In this document: piece by piece, positions 25,795 to 38,921 of the stretch
How the letters are laid out: each line of letters begins with the position of its first letter
How positions within the stretch are numbered: position 1 is the stretch's first letter
Origin: Camelus dromedarius
Lineage: Eukaryota
Assembly (NCBI RefSeq): GCF_036321535.1
Contig: NC_087447.1
Span: 49,044,001 to 49,108,000, forward strand
Direction of reading: 5' to 3'
DNA length: 64,000 nucleotides
Translations under genes and position numbers: made by a program
The notes under the pieces: generated by a model
Databases searched by the model: none
Told to the model about the DNA's origin: nothing
Seen by the model: the letters and a program-made list of their open reading frames with translations, nothing else

Positions 25795-26300
25795 TGTTTT
25801 TTATTTCCAAACCCACACTTCTCTATTCTGCTTTGGGATGCTGGAGCTGGGCCTCTGAAAACCATGTTTCTGCTTTGCCACCTGGTTTCCTTCCTGTTAG
25901 ATTCTGATCATAGTGGGTGGGGCTAGAGGGAGACTGCAGAGCTGCAAGAGGAATAAGGAGCTTGATTCCTCCTGCCTGCTTCCCCTGCATTTCTTGTGAT
26001 TCTTGTGAACGCCACTGGAGCAATGTCATCTAACCCCAATTTCAGCAAGGCCCTCCCCAACAGCAGTGGAATCCAGTTTGCAGTTTTCCAACCTGTATAA
26101 ACCAGCTTCAAAGATACCAGCACCAGCCGGCCAGTTTCCTTCTCTCAGAGATCTGGGTCTCAGCTCCGTGAGGCCCATCTGAGCTCAGAGATACCAGCAG
26201 CTGAGCTGCACCTCCTCCTCAGAGGTCTACATTTCTACATTTCAGCTCAAAGAGAATTCTCCTCCAAGTCTCTGGATTTTAATAATTTCAACATCTTTCC
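25795..26300. mobile_element. Probable old ERVL-type LTR (LTR33-like) interrupting the L1M fragment
   Basis: Abrupt change from A-rich L1 to C/T-rich sequence and back; cttctctattctgct..ttcctgttagattctg resembles LTR33-type consensus. Confidence 0.45.
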
Positions 26301-26623
26301 ACAAAGGGAAGTCCAGGCTCAGATGGCTTAATGGTGAATTCTTCCAAAATTTAAGGAAGAAATAACCAAGCTTATACAAACTTTTCCAGGAAACAGAAAA
26401 AGAATATTCATTTATCCAAACTCATTTTGAGGCAAATATAACCTTGACTGTAAATCCTGGGAAGAATATTATAACAAACAAACAAAAAATAACACCGACA
26501 TATCTACTGAATATAGATGCAAAAATCCTTGACAAAATATCAATTGGCAAGTTAAATCATGACCAAGTGGGGTTTATCTTGAGAGTGTAACTAAGGCTGG
26601 TTCAACATTCAAAAATCAATGTA

Positions 26624-29600
26624 GCTTTGTTCCCGGGTCACTCAGGCAGCCACCCCAGTGGGCACATGCCCTGGCACTGCTCCTGCCCCATGCTCTCTCC
26701 CTCAGCCTTTCACATCCTAGATGCCAAGATCTTGGAAGCTTTGAAGCTCAGCAAAGAAGGGAAGTCCACTGAGGACAGTCTGAAAAGGGCTTCAGCTTCA
26801 TCAAGAGTCTTTGGTGGGTAGGAGCAGCCAAGAGGGCAGAGTAGAGAGACCCTGAGCTCACCTCCTCTCACAAGCACACCAAAATCACAACTATCTGCAA
26901 CTATCTGCATCAGTGAAAAAATCTGGAACCCACCAAGAAAGATCTTCTATAACTAAAGACATAAAGAAGGAATCACAAGATGGACAGAATGGGTGCACTC
27001 ACGATATAATCAAATCCCATAGCCCCCCAGTGGGTGACCCACAAACTGGAGAATAATTATGTGGCAGAGGTTCTCCTAAAGGAGTGAGAGTTCTGAGCCC
27101 CACGTCAAGCTCCTCAGCCTGGGGGCCAGGCACTGGGAAGATGAGCCCCCAGAGCATTTGGTTTTGAGGGCTAGTGGGGCTTAATTGCAGAAGCCCCACA
27201 GACTGGAGGAAACGGGATTTCACTCTTAAAGGGCACACACAAAATCTCACATGCACTGGGACCCAAGGCAAAAGCACCAATTTGACAGGAGCCTGGACCA
27301 GACCTAACTGCTGATCTTGGAGAGTCTCCTGGAGAGGCAGGGGCTTATCCTGGAGACACACACTGGTGGCACACATATTGGGGAACATTCAGCCATGTGA
27401 ACACTGCTGTTGTGGCTCACTTGCTCCAAGACCTGGCCCTACCCAACAACCTGCAGGTGACAGTGCTGAGATGCCTCAGGCCAAACAACTGAGTGGGAAC
27501 ATAGCCCCACCCATCAGTAGATAGGCTGCCTAAGACTTCCTGAGCCCAGAGCTGCCTATAGACATTCCCCTAGACACAGTCCTGCCTACCAGAGGGCCAA
27601 GCCCCAGCTCCACCTACCAGTGGCTTGGCAACAGCCCCACTTGCCAAGAAGCCTGCACAAGCTTCTAGACCACTGTCACCCACCAGGGGGCAGAATCCAG
27701 AAGTAAGAAAACTACATTCCCACTACACAAGCCAGACCCTATCCTGGGACAAGCTGGGCCCTGGCCCTGCCCAATAGCAGGCCAAAGCAACCTTTGAGAC
27801 ACCCTCGACCCCACACCCAATGTTGTTAGGAATTGGCCCCACCACCACCAGTGATCCAAAAGAGCTTGGGACACCTGGGCCCTAAAGCCAGACTCCAGGA
27901 CAAGCTCTGCCTGCCAATAGTCCAGTACTAACCCCAGGACCTGGCTTTACCTGACAGTGAGAGGGCAACAGCCCCAGAGTCTTCGGGACTCTGATTTTAC
28001 CCACCAGTGAGTCAGTACTAACCGCAGGGCCCCCTAGGATTCTGCAACCAGGCACCTCGTGACCAGGTCCCATTAAACAGTAGCCAGAAGCATCTACACG
28101 AGGCAGGGCCTGGCAACCAACCAGACTAGGGACCAAACAAGCCTACCAGACTGCCCACATAGTCATCCCACCAGAGCAGAAGGACCCACACAGCCTTCTT
28201 TGGGGGAACCCCTAGAGCATGTAGCTTGAGTGATGATAAGGGAGTTCATGCTGGGACACACAGAATGCCTCTTACAGGGGGCCACTTCTCCAAGGTCAAG
28301 AAACATAACTAATCTACCACATACACTAAAATACAAATAGCAACTTGGACAAAAACAAGGTAACAGAGGAATATATTTCAGATCAAGGAACAAGATAAAA
28401 CCCCAGAAGAAGAACTAAGTGAAGTAGAGATAGGCAATCTTCCTGAGAAACAGTTCAGGGTAGTGATCCTAAAAATCATCAAAGAACCTGGAAGAAGAAT
28501 GAATGCATAGAGTAAGAAGTTAGAAGTTTTAAACAAAGAGTTAAAAAATATAAAGAGCAACTAGAGATGAAGAATACAATAGCTGAAATGAAAAACACAA
28601 TAGAAGGAATAGCATACTAAATGATTCAGAAGAACAAATCAGTGAACTGGAAGCCACAGTAGTGGAAATCACTGCTGCTACACAGGAAAAAGAAAAAAGA
28701 ATGAGAAGAACTAAGGACAGTTAAAGAGGCCTCTGGGACAACATCAAGTAAACTAATATTCATAGGATAGGGGTCCCAGAAGGAGAAGAGAGAGAGAGAA
28801 AGGGTCTAAGAAAATATTTGAAGAGATAATAGCTGAACACCCCCTTAACCTTGGAAAGGAAACACTCAAGTCTAGAAGTGCAGAGAGTCCCATACAGGAT
28901 TAAACCAAACAAGAACAAACCAAGACACACTATAATCAAAATGACAAAAATTAAACATAAAGAGAGAATACTAAAAGCAGTAGGGAAAAGAAACAAGTTA
29001 TATACAAGGGAACTCCCATAAGGTTATCACTTGATTTTTCAGCGGAAATTTTGTAGGCCAGAAGGGAGTGGCAGGATATATTTAAAATGATGAAAGGGGA
29101 AAAGCTACAACCAAGAATACTCTACCCAGCAAGCCTGTGGTTCAGATTTGATGGAGAAATCAAAACTTTTACAGACAAGAAAAAGCTAAAGGGATTCAGC
29201 CCCACCAAACCAGCTTTACACCAAATGTTAAAGGAACTTCTTTAGATGGGGGGAAAAAAGGTCACAACTAGAAACAAGAAAATTACGGAATGAAAAAACT
29301 CACAGGTAAAGATAAACATACAGTAAAAGTAGGAAATCATCCACACACAAAGCTAGTAAGGTGGTTAAAAGACAAAAGTAGTGAAATCATCTGTATCCAC
29401 AGTAAGTACCTTACAGATACTCAAAAAAATTAGATGTAAAAAATGGCATCAAAAAGAGTAATCATGAGGGGAAGATAGTACAAATGCACAGTATTTTAAA
29501 AGCATTTAAAATTAAGAGATCAGCAACTTAAAACAATCACACATATACATATATACTGCTATAAAAAAATAAACCTCATGGTAACCACAAACCAAAAATC

Positions 29601-32600
29601 TGTAATAGATGTATACTTCCAAAAAAGAAAAAGCAATCCAAACGTAACATTGAAGACAGTCATCAAATCACAAAAGAATAAAAGAAGGGGGGAAAATACA
29701 AAAACAAACCCAGAAAAATTAACAAAATGGCAATAAGAACATTCATATCAATAATTACCTTAGATGTAAATAGAATAAATGCTCCAACCAAAAGACACAG
29801 ACTGGCTGAACAGATACATAAACAAGGCCTATATGTAGGCTGCCTATAAGAGACTCACTTCAGATCTAGAAACAAATACAGACTGAAAGTGAGGAGATGG
29901 AAAAAATACTCCATGCAAGTGAAAATCAAAAGAAAGTCAGAGTAGCAATACTTACATCAGACAAAATAAACTATAAAATAAAGACTGTTACAGGAGACAA
30001 GAAGGACACTACATAATGCTCAAGGGATCAATCCAAGAAGATGTAATAATTGTAAATATACATGCACCCAACAAAGAAGCATCTCAATATATAAAGCAAA
30101 TATTAACAGATATAAAAGGAGATACTGACAGTAACACAATAATAGTAGGGGACTTTAACACCTCACTTAGATCAAAGGACAGATTATTCAGAAAGATTCA
30201 ATAAGGAAACACAGGCCTTAAATAATACTTTAGATCAAAAGAACTTAATTGATACTTATAGAGCATTCCACCTGAGAGTAGCTGAATACACATTCTTTCA
30301 AGTGCACATGGAACATTCTTCAGGATAAATCATAAGCTAGGCCACAAAATAAGCCTCAGTAAATTTAAGAAAAGTGAAATCATATCAAGCATCTTTTCCA
30401 ACCACACACTATGAAACTACAAATCAACTATAAGAAAGAAACTGAAAAAATCACAAACACGTGGGAGCTGGACAATATGCTACTAGACAACCAATGGATT
30501 ACTGAATAAATCAAAGAGAAAATCAAAAAAATTCCTAGAGACAAATGAAAATGAAAACATGACAACCCAAAACCTATGGGATGCAGCAAAAGCAGTTCTA
30601 AAAGGAAAGTTTGTAATGATACAAACTTACCCCAAGAAACAAGAAAAATCTCAAATACACAACATGATTTTACACCTAAACGAGCTAGAAAAAGAATAAA
30701 AACTAAAAGCATGTTCTTTGAAAAGATAAATAAAATTAACATTTAGCCAGACTCATCAAGGAAAAAAGGGAAAGGGCCCAAATCAATAAAATGAGAAAAA
30801 TAAGAGGAGAAGTTACAACTGATACCACAGACATAGAAAGCATCGTAAGAAACTACTACGAGCAAATATATGCCAATAAAATGGACAGCCTAGAAGAAAA
30901 TAACAAATTCTTAGAAAGGTACAATATCCCAAAACTGAAGCAGGAAGAAAGAGAAAATATGAACCAGTACTGAAGTTAAATCAGTAATTTAAAAGCTCCT
31001 AACAAACAAAAGTCCAGGACCAGATGGCTTCAGAGGTGAATTCTACCAAACATTTAGAGAAGGGTTAACACCTATCTTTCTGAAACTATTAAAAAAAGTT
31101 AGAGAAAGGAATACTTCCAAACTCATTCTGTGAGATCACATCACGCTGATACTTAAACCAGACAAAGATATCGCAAAAAAAGAAAATTACAGATCAGTAT
31201 CACTGATGAACATAGATGCAAAAATCCTCAACAGAGTACTAGCATCAACTCCAATAATATATTTAAAGGATCATATACCATGATCAATGTGTTTATCCCA
31301 GAGATACAAGGATTTTTCAATATCTGCAAATCAATCAATATGATACCCCACATTAACGAACTGAAGAATAAAAGCCATATGATCATTTCATTAGGAACAG
31401 AAAAAGCTTTTGATAAAATTCAATATTAACTTATGATTAATAAAAACTCTCCAGAAAGTTGGTATAGAGGGAACATACTTCAACATAATAAAGGCTACAT
31501 ATGAGAAACCCACAGCTAACATTATACTCAATGGTTAAAAGCTGAAAGCATTCCCTCTAAGATCAGGAACAAGACAAGGAAGTCCACTCTCACCACTTTG
31601 ATTCAATGTAGTTTTGAAATTCCTGGCTACACCAATCAGACAAGAAAAAGAAATAAAAGGAATCCAAGTTGGAAAGAAAGAATTAAAACTGTCACTATCT
31701 GAATATGACATGATAATATACATAGAAAATCCTAAAGACACCACTAGGTCTCACTAGAAACTCATCAAAACTACTAGAGCTCATCAATGAATTCAGTGAA
31801 GTTGCGGGATACAAAATTAATATACAGAAATCTATTACATTTCTATACACTAAAAACAAACTATCAGAAAGAGAAATTAAGGACCCAGTCCCACTTACCA
31901 CTTTATCAAAAAGAATAAGATACCTGGGAATAAACCTACCCAAGGAGGCAAAAGACCTGTACTCCAAAAACTGTAAGACGCTGATGAAAGAAACTGAAGA
32001 GAACACAAACAGATGGAAAGATATAACGAGTTCTTGGATTGGAAGAATCAATATTGTTAAAATGACCATACTACCCAAGGCAATCTACAGATTCAATGCA
32101 ATCCCTATCAGTTACCAAGGGCATTTTTCACAGAACTGGAACAAAACATTTTAAAATTTGTATGAAAACACAAAAGACCCCAAATAACCAAAACAATCCT
32201 CAGAAAGAATAGAACTGGAGGAATCATGCTCCCTGACTTTAGATTATACTACAAAGCTACAGTAATCATAACAGTATGGTACTGGCACATCGATCAATGG
32301 AACAGGATAGAAAGCTCAGAAATAAATTTACACACTTTCGGTCAATTAATCTATGACAAAAGAGGCAAGAATATACAATGGAGAAAAGACAATCTCTTCA
32401 ATAAGTGGTGCTGGGAAAACTGGACCGCTACATGTAAAATAATGAAATTAGAACATTCTCTTAACACCAGATACAAAAATAAACTCAAAATAGTTTAAAG
32501 ACCTAATTGTAAGACCAAATACTCAAACTGCTAGAGGAAAACATAGGCAGAATCTTCTTTGACATAAATTACAGCAATATTTTTTTGATCCATCTTCCAA

Positions 32601-33751
32601 GGCAATAGAAATAAAAGCAAAAATAAACAAATGGGATCTAACTAAACTGAAAAGCTTTTGCAAAGCAAAGGAAATCACAAAGTGAAAAGACAACCTATGG
32701 AACTGGAGAAAAGATTTGCAAATGATATGACTGACAAGGGATTAATTTCTAAAATGTACACATAGCTTATACAGCTTAATATCAAAGAAAAACAACCGAA
32801 CCAAAAAATGGGCAGAAGACCTAAACAGACTTTTCTCCAAAGAAGACATACAGATGGCCAAAAGGCACATGAAAAGATGTTCAATATCACTAATTATTAG
32901 AGGAATGCAAATCAAAACCACGATGAGGTATCACCTCATACTGATGGGAATGGCCAGCATCAAAAAGTCTACAAATAATAAATGCTGGAGAGGGTGTGGA
33001 GAAAAGGGAATCCTCCTACACTGTTGGTGGGAATGTAAATTGGTGCAGCCACTATGGAGAACAGTATGAATGTTCCTTAAAAAACTAAAAATAGAACTAC
33101 CATATGATCCAACAATTCCACTCTTGGACATATATTTGGAAAAGATGAAAACTCTAATTCAAAAAGATGCATGTACCCTACTGTTCATAGCAGCACTATT
33201 TACAAGAGCCAAGACATGGAAGCAACCTAAATGTCCACCAACAGATGAATGGATAAAGATGTAGTATCAGACACAATGAAACATTACTCAGCCATAAAAA
33301 TGAAATGCCATTTGTAACAACATGGATGGACCTAGAGATTATCATACTAAGTGAAGTAAGTCAGAGAAAGACAAATACCATAGATATCAATTATATGTGG
33401 AATCTAAATCTAAAAAATTGATACCCAGGAACCTATTTACAAAACAGAAAACAGACTCACAGACATAGAAAATAAACTTATGGTTACCAAAGAAGAAAAG
33501 GTAGGAGGGATTTGGGACTAACAGATACACACTATTACATATAAAATAGATAAACAACAAGGACCTACTGTATTATACTATATTTAATATCTTGTACTAT
33601 ATTCAGTATCTTATAATAACCTATAATGGAAAAGAATCTGAAAAAGCATATATATATATACACATATATATAAAACTGAGTCATTTTGCTGTACACTTGA
33701 AACATTGTAAATCAACTATACTTCAATAAAAAAAATAAATAAATAAAGGGG
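26624..33751 (+). mobile_element. L1 element #2: full-length, degenerate, preceded by ~190 nt of non-L1-looking sequence inside the TSD
   Basis: L1-type start ggagcagccaagagggc at ~26816-26837; ORF1 remnant ~28355-29245; ORF2 from ATG 29727 to ~33407 with many stops and frameshifts; A-rich tail. TSD aaaaatc(a/g)atgta at 26611-26623 and 33752-33764. Confidence 0.92.
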
Positions 33752-34233
33752 AAAAATCGATGTAAAATAAACAAGTGGGATTGTATCAGAGTAAAAAGCT
33801 TCTGCACAGCAAAGGAAACAACAAAATGAAAAGAAAACCTACTGAAATGGAGAAAATATTTTCAAATTCTACATCTAGACAAGGGGTTATAATATCCAAA
33901 ATACATTTTTAAAAAACTCATAAAACTCAGTGGCAAAAATAATAATAATAATAATGAAGAGGATCTGAATAGACATCTTTCCAAAGAAGACATGCAAATG
34001 GCCAACAGGTGCTTGAAAAGATGATCAACATCACCAATCATCAAGGAAAAGCAAATCAAAATCACAATAAGATGCCAGCTCACATCTGTTAGAAGGGATA
34101 TTATCAAAAAGAAAACAGCAAGTGTTTGGAAAGATGTAGAGAAAAGGGAACCATTGCACACTGTTGGCAGGAATGTAAATTGGTGCAGACACTGTGAAAA
34201 AACAGTATGGAGGTTCATCAAAAATTGAAAATA

Positions 34234-34362
34234 GGGGGTGGGTATAGCTCAGTAGTAGAGTGAGTGCTTAGCATGCACGAGGTCCAGGGTTCAATCCTCC
34301 GTACTTCCATTAAAAATAAATAAATAAATGAATAAACCTAATTACCTCCCCCTAATTATTTT
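34234..34362 (+). mobile_element. tRNA-derived SINE, Vic-1-like (camelid)
   Basis: GGGTATAGCTCAGTAGTAGAG (A box), GGTTCAATCC (B box), tail aaacctaattacctcccc. TSD aaaattgaaaa(t/c)a at 34221-34233 and 34363-34375. Confidence 0.88.
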
Positions 34363-34662
34363 AAAATTGAAAACAAATCTATAGTATCATTCAGAAATTC
34401 CACTTCTGGGTATTTATCCAAAGAAAATGAAAATGCACCCCCATGTTTATTGCAGCATCATTTACAAAAGCCAAGACATGGAAACAACCCAAATGTCCAC
34501 TGATGGACAAATGGATGAAGCAAATGTGATTTTATATAAATGTATACACACACACACATATATAAATTATTTGGTCATAAAAAAGAATGAAATCTTGCCA
34601 TTTGCAACAACATGGGTAGACCTTGAAGGTATTAGTGTTAAATGAAATAGTGAAATAAGTCA

Positions 34663-34810
34663 CACAGGGAACTATATATTCAGTATTTTGTAATAATCTT
34701 TAACGAAAAAGAATATGAAAACAAATATACGTATATATATGCATTACTGGGACATTATGCTGTACATGAGAAATTGACACATTGTAACTGACTATACTTC
34801 AATAAAAACA
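34663..34810 (+). mobile_element. Short L1 3'-end insertion (148 bp)
   Basis: L1 3'UTR end ...gactatacttcaataaaaa. Perfect 14-bp TSD agtgaaataagtca at 34649-34662 and 34811-34824. Confidence 0.85.
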
Positions 34811-35136
34811 AGTGAAATAAGTCAGAAAGAAAAAAGATAAATACCAAATGATCTCCCTTATATGTGGAATCTAAAGAAAAAACAAAAACAAAAACTAATC
34901 CAAATCAAAATAAAAAAGTCAAGCTCTCAGGAACAGAACAGATTGGTGGCTGCCTGAGGCAGGGGTTGAGGGGTGGTGAAATGGCTGAACGTGTCAAAAG
35001 GTACAAATTTCTAGTTATGTACAGGAATGTAATGCATATAGCATGGTGATTATAGTTAATAATACTGTATTGCATATTTCAAAGTAGCTAGAAGAGTGGA
35101 TCCTGAGAGTTCTCATCACTTTATTTAACTGAACTT

Positions 35137-37260
35137 AAAAAATCAGTGAACCATATTAATAGATTAAAGAAGAAAATCACACGATCATCGCAATAGATGC
35201 AGAAAAAGTATTTGATAAAATTCAATACTCCTGCATAATGAAAACTCTTAGCAAACTAGGAATACAAAGAAATTTCTTTAATCTGATAAAAGGCATTTAT
35301 AAAAATATCTACAGCTAACTCATAATTCTGAAATACTGAAAATACTGAACAGCTTCCCCCTGAAATTGGGAACACACAAGGATGTCCACTATCACCACGT
35401 CTCTCAACATTGTACTGGAAGTCTTAGCCAGTGAAATAAAGAAATTAAAAAGTAGAAGAGGTATAAGACTGGTAAAGAAGAAATGAAATGGTCATTATCT
35501 ATAAATGTCATGATCATGAACACAGATAATCCAAAAGAACCTGCAAATGACTAAAAATGATAAGTCAATTTAGAAAGGTTACTGGATACATGTTTAGTAT
35601 TTCTATACACTAGCAACAAACATGTGGAAATGAAACATAAAAAAGCAATACCACTGACAACAGCATAAAAAGATCAAATACCTAAGAATAAATTTGATGA
35701 AAATTATGCACAACCTCATCATTTTAGACTACAAAACTTTGTTGAGAAGAATTTTAAAAGACCTAAAAGAATGGTGGGATATATTATTTTAATCAATCTG
35801 AAAACTCAATATTGCAAAAGATTCAGTTCTCTCCAAATTGGTCTATAGGTTCAATGAGTTCCAATCAAAATTTCAGCAGGATTTTGTGTGGAAGTTGACA
35901 AGCTCATTCTAAAATTTGCATAGAAATGCAAAGGCCTTATAATACCTGTAGCAATTTTGAAGATCAACATAGCTGGAGAACTTCACTATCAGTTGGCAAA
36001 ACTTGTTATAAACCTACAGTAATTTAGACACATACACTGTCAGCTGCCTTACCACAATGCCTCCTCAACAACTTAGTGGAGAAAAGGATATAGTTTTTCA
36101 ACAAATGGTACTGTGTCAACTAAGTATCCACATAAAAAAGTAAACTTTGACTCTACCTCACATCACATACAAAAATTAATTCTAGATAAGTCATAGACCA
36201 ACTGTAAAAACTAAAATAATCAAGCTTCTAGAAGAAAACTATTTAAAAATATCTTTATGGCTTGAGAGAGACCAACAATTCTTGATCAGGAAATAGAAAG
36301 CACTAACCATAAAGACTGATAATTTGGACATCATTAAAATTAAGAACGTCTGTTAAATTCACCGTTAATATGAAAAAGCAAGCCACAGACTGAAAAAAGA
36401 TGTTTGTGATATATGGATCTACAAAGAACTTGTAACCAGGATAAAGGACTCAAATCAACAAGAAAAAGACACACGACCCAATTTAAATATGGGCAAAAGG
36501 CAACAGGCACTTCCAAAAGACGATATCAACGTGACCTTTACAAACATATGAGAAGGTACGCAACTTAATTAGTTACTTGAGAAAAGCAAATCAAAACCAC
36601 AATGAGATACCACTACATATCTACCCAAACCAGTAAAATGAAAAAGACTGATGTCACCAAGCGTTTGTAAGGATATGGATTAACCGGAAATCTCTTACAT
36701 CAATATGGGATTGAAAATTGGTACAACCACACTGAAAAAGTATTTGGCAGTATCCATTACTGCTAAATAAACTTTTATACTCTGTGACTCAGCAATTCCA
36801 CTCCTGGGTATATACTCAACAGAAAGGAGTGCTTATGTCCACCAAAAGATGTGTAAAAAAATGTTCATAATAGCTTTATCCATAATAGCCCCAAAACAAA
36901 TAACCAAAATGCTTATCAACAGTAAGAAGGGTAAATAAATTGTGGTATAAATGGGATAAATAAGAGAAATGGAAAAGAGTGAATCACTGTTACATGCAAC
37001 AACATGAATGAACCCCACAGACATAATGTTGAGTGATAAATATATTTCAATTCAGGCAAAACTCATCTGTGGTAATGGAAGTCAGAATGGCAGTTATTCT
37101 TGGAGGAGATACTGATTGAGAGGGAACCACATGGAATGCTGAAAATGTTCTATATTGTAATACAGGTGACAGTTAAAAGTATATATGTAAAAATTCAAGC
37201 TTTACACAAGATTTCTGAATTTTGCTCTAAGTAAATTATTCTTCAATTTTATTAAAATAA
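35137..37260 (+). mobile_element. Ancient L1M ORF2 (RT to 3'UTR), continuing the fragment that ends at 26623
   Basis: 26300-26623 ends at ggctggttcaacattcaaaaatcaatgta. 35137 onward resumes with ccatattaatagattaaag..atagatgcagaaaaag, the next L1 RT sequence. Confidence 0.8.
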
Positions 37261-37823
37261 ATGTTAAAAACAATGTGGTATTGGCACAGTAATAGAGAAC
37301 TAGATTAGTGGAGCAGAATATATAATCCAGATATACACTCATGTATTAAAGGGATTTTGGTTTATAATAAAGGTGACCTTTCTTTCATTTTCTGCCCCTG
37401 AATGTTGCCATCTGGATGTGATTTTTGGGACTGTGGTAGCTATCTTGAGACCTCAAAGGGAACCAGCCTAAAAGAACAAGCAAGAAGGACAAGGAGGCAG
37501 GCCAAGGATGGAAAGAACCTGAGTCCCTGAGAACATCAATGCACCCCAGAACCATCCATCTCTGAAAAGCCTTACTTCTGATTTTCTTATTATTTGAGAT
37601 TAAAAAAACAAAAAATATCCACTCATAACTGGATTTTAAAAGCATCTTGACTGACAGAACAAGTTAGGAAATCACTGAAACAGCTCATGTTTGAGGTCAC
37701 ACTCTCCCAGGCCCAGCAGTTTAAGAGCAGCAGCTCCCCAGGGAGATACAGACTTTCAGAATAAACTCTCAGAAGTTTACTCACACCATAGGGTTAGTCT
37801 GTGCAACAAGGGGCATCACTAAC

Positions 37824-38041
37824 CTGTCCGGTCAACATCCTTTTTCATTGGCAGTATAGTATAATCCGGTTGGTCATCGGAGGCCTCAAATATCCATGAC
37901 TTGGGCTGCAGCATGGACTGGGGCTCTTTCCGGGGACTTGCCCTGCCTCCAACCCAGTCTCCAGACCCACCTCGGAGCTGAACCTGCTGTAGGTACGGAA
38001 TCCGGGAAATCCTGTTTTGGTCCAGGCTTAACTTCTTCAGT
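37824..38041 (-). CDS. XRRA1: XRRA1 coding exon E (218 nt), (R)LKKLSLDQNRISRIPYLQQVQLRGGSGDWVGGRASPRKEPQSMLQPKSWIFEASDDQPDYTILPMKKDVDRT(E)
   Basis: ttccttaattgaag|ACTGAAG...GGACAG|gttagt. LRR LKKLSLDQNRI; locally CpG-rich. Not in the ORF track, translated by hand. Phase 2 to 1. Confidence 0.94.
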
Positions 38042-38379
38042 CTTCAATTAAGGAAAGTGAATACAGAATCACAGCAATAATGATACCTCAGGGACATTTA
38101 CTAAGCAACTTTAGGGAAAGAACATGGAATCAAGCTTAGACACTTACTACTCTTGTGTGACCTTGAGTCAGTGACTTACCCTCTCTGGGCTTCAATATCC
38201 CTATCTCTAAAATGGGGACAGTACTTATTAACCTTTCAAGGTTCTTGCAAAGATTGAATGAGACAATATACAAATGACCTGGCACAAAGCACTGTTCAGT
38301 AAATGGTAGCTGAATCCAAAGTAAATTTTCCAGGGATCTAAAACATTAAATGCCAGCATTTCATTACTTCAAAGAAATA

Positions 38380-38444
38380 CAGTCATCCCTCCGTATCTGG
38401 TTGAATATGTGGATGTAAAACCTACAGATACAGAGGGCCCACTA
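38380..38444. mobile_element. 65-bp miniature MER2/Tigger derivative (both termini joined)
   Basis: TA|cagtcatccctccgtatc ... gatacagagggcccacta|TA; imperfect TIRs with TA on both sides. Confidence 0.7.
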
Positions 38445-38792
38445 TACGTAGAACTCAGAGTTTAATTTACCTTTCTGATTCTAATTCTTTTTTTTTTTTT
38501 TCCTGTTTCCTCTCTCACGGTCAGGATCCCATCTCTGATAATATCTCCTTCTATCCTTTCTCTTTGCTACTTCTAATCCAGTCACATGATCAGAAATATC
38601 CTTACTGACGCCCCACTTTCATGGTTTGAGCTAAAGCTCAGAGGGAAGAAATGACTTACTCATGGCCACACAGCAGATAAGTGGTGGAGCTCAAATTTAA
38701 ACCCAGGCCTTTTGGCTTCCAGAGAAGCACCCAAGGTGTGAGCAAGGCTGGGGGATATAGAGGGTCCTGTGGAGAGAGGCTTGTAGCCTTAC

Positions 38793-38921
38793 CTCCTGAG
38801 CCCGGCCAGGCTAGCAAAGCAATTGGGGTTGGAGAGTTTGTTGTCATCTAGCATCAGTGTCTCCAGCGCTGGGAACCTCAGGATGTACCTCTTTCTGGTC
38901 AGCGATGTTACAGATGCCTCC
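38793..38921 (-). CDS. XRRA1: XRRA1 coding exon D (129 nt), (Q)EASVTSLTRKRYILRFPALETLMLDDNKLSNPNCFASLAGLR(R)
   Basis: ctcacag|GGAGGCA...CAGGAG|gtaagg. LRR LETLMLDDNKL; lies within ORF 38789..38998. Phase 2 to 2. Confidence 0.95.

Larger units (their letters stand above)
33765..35136 (+). mobile_element. Older 5'-truncated L1 (ORF2 C-terminus plus 3'UTR) hosting two nested insertions
   Basis: aaaagcttctgcacagcaaaggaaac, cactgttggcaggaatgtaaattggtgcag and an L1M-type 3'UTR. Interrupted by a SINE and by a short L1 tail. Confidence 0.8.
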
